From: Nitrospirota bacterium
Lineage (GTDB): Bacteria > Nitrospirota > UBA9217
NCBI GenBank assembly: GCA_963845065.1
Contig: CAWJQQ010000001.1
Span: forward strand, 480,001 to 544,000
DNA length: 64,000 nt
Direction of reading: 5' to 3'
In this document: positions 63,364-64,000 of the stretch, piece after piece
Position numbering within the stretch: position 1 is the first letter of the stretch
Layout of the letters: every line of letters begins with the position of its first letter
Program-made: the position numbers and the translations under genes
Notes under the pieces: model-generated
Databases searched by the model: none
What the model was told of the DNA's origin: nothing
The model's input: the letters and a program-made list of their open reading frames with translations, nothing else

Positions 63364-63688
63364 ATCTCACCTGGCTGGGCCGTGAAACATCTAACATGCC
63401 CTGCACGGTCTTCTTTAATGATGCAGAATGGAAAGCTCTTGTTGGCTTCATAAATCTGACCCCTGTGGCCTCGGCCACACCGCCCACCCTCCAGCAGGCC
63501 ATCATCATGGTCGCGACTCTGGGCGGATTCCTCAATCGCAACTCGGACGGCGAACTAGGTACAGAAACCATCTGGCGCGGTTTACAGCTTCTTGATGACA
63601 TAACAAAGGCATACATTGCCTTTGTCCTACGATCTCAAAAGATTAACCTCCGGTCTTATCCAACCTTGGCTATGGGTAAAGATGGGCC
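63364..63688 (+). pseudogene. IS4/Tn5-like transposase C-terminal remnant with right end
   Basis: EWKAL..PPTLQQA..LGGFLNRNSDGELGTETIWRGL and terminal TATGGGTAAAGATGGG. Confidence 0.8.
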
Positions 63689-63790
63689 GTAAGGGAGGGG
63701 ATGAAAGGCGATATTTATGACAAGATTTGATCCACGTGCTATCTTTTATAGTATTGCAATGTTGAAAATAAAAACTTATAAATACCGCCT
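63688..63790 (+). mobile_element. Second fragment of the IS605 left end and tnpB start seen at 18056-18160
   Basis: CCGTAAGGGAGGGGATGAAAGGCGA..GATTTGATCCACGTGCTATCTTTT..ATGTTGAAAATAAAA is near-identical to the copy at 18 kb. Confidence 0.8.
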
Positions 63791-64000
63791 CGATAACCTT
63801 TGCAACTTCGCGCATTGTAAGTTGCGGATCATTCCGAAGCCGTCTTTAGCGCTGATGTATCCAATCAATGCCGACCTTTCGACTCAAGTTTTTATCAGCC
63901 AGCGCCAGGAGAATTGCCGCCGTGAAACCTCCCAAAAGTGCGGGCCATCATCACCGATATAAGTAGCGCACCCAATCCCGCTGCGAGGACATGACTTGTG

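Noticed and set aside
1..64000. The many short antisense or overlapping ORFs in the track, and rRNA/tRNA genes
   Set aside because: The short ORFs are shadows of well-supported genes and lack an RBS or motifs. No tRNA cloverleaf or rRNA signature was recognised.

Overview
Accessory, signalling-rich and heavily IS-scarred region of an anaerobic bacterium. Gene content suggests Nitrospirota or Desulfobacterota; this is inference. Intact loci: a lactate-oxidation operon (lctP-lldG-lldH-dld-II) beside a PocR/PAS kinase and NarL-type regulator; an M23 peptidase; a metallophosphoesterase; a complete tnpB-only IS200/IS605 element whose right end supplies a start codon to a headless dienelactone hydrolase; an orphan lpxD; a CxxCH/4TM/cytochrome-b5 membrane protein next to a MOSC protein; a complete IS256 with 8-bp TSD; and an FGGY kinase. 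Two signalling clusters each follow a sigma28-like promoter. One is binding protein + hybrid kinase + REC-GGDEF + hybrid kinase. The other is a PAS kinase + sigma54 activator driving a REC-DUF4388-Roadblock gene with an in-frame internal start. Further on are an erythrin-Rrf2-cydAB oxygen-defence operon with TAGGA-N9-TCCTA operators, GGDEF and GGDEF-EAL proteins, and a selenocysteine-containing selD with a SECIS hairpin. More than a dozen pseudogenes, IS remnants and MITEs fill the gaps. No rRNA, tRNA or CRISPR array was seen. All family assignments come from motif recognition by eye, not from database searches.
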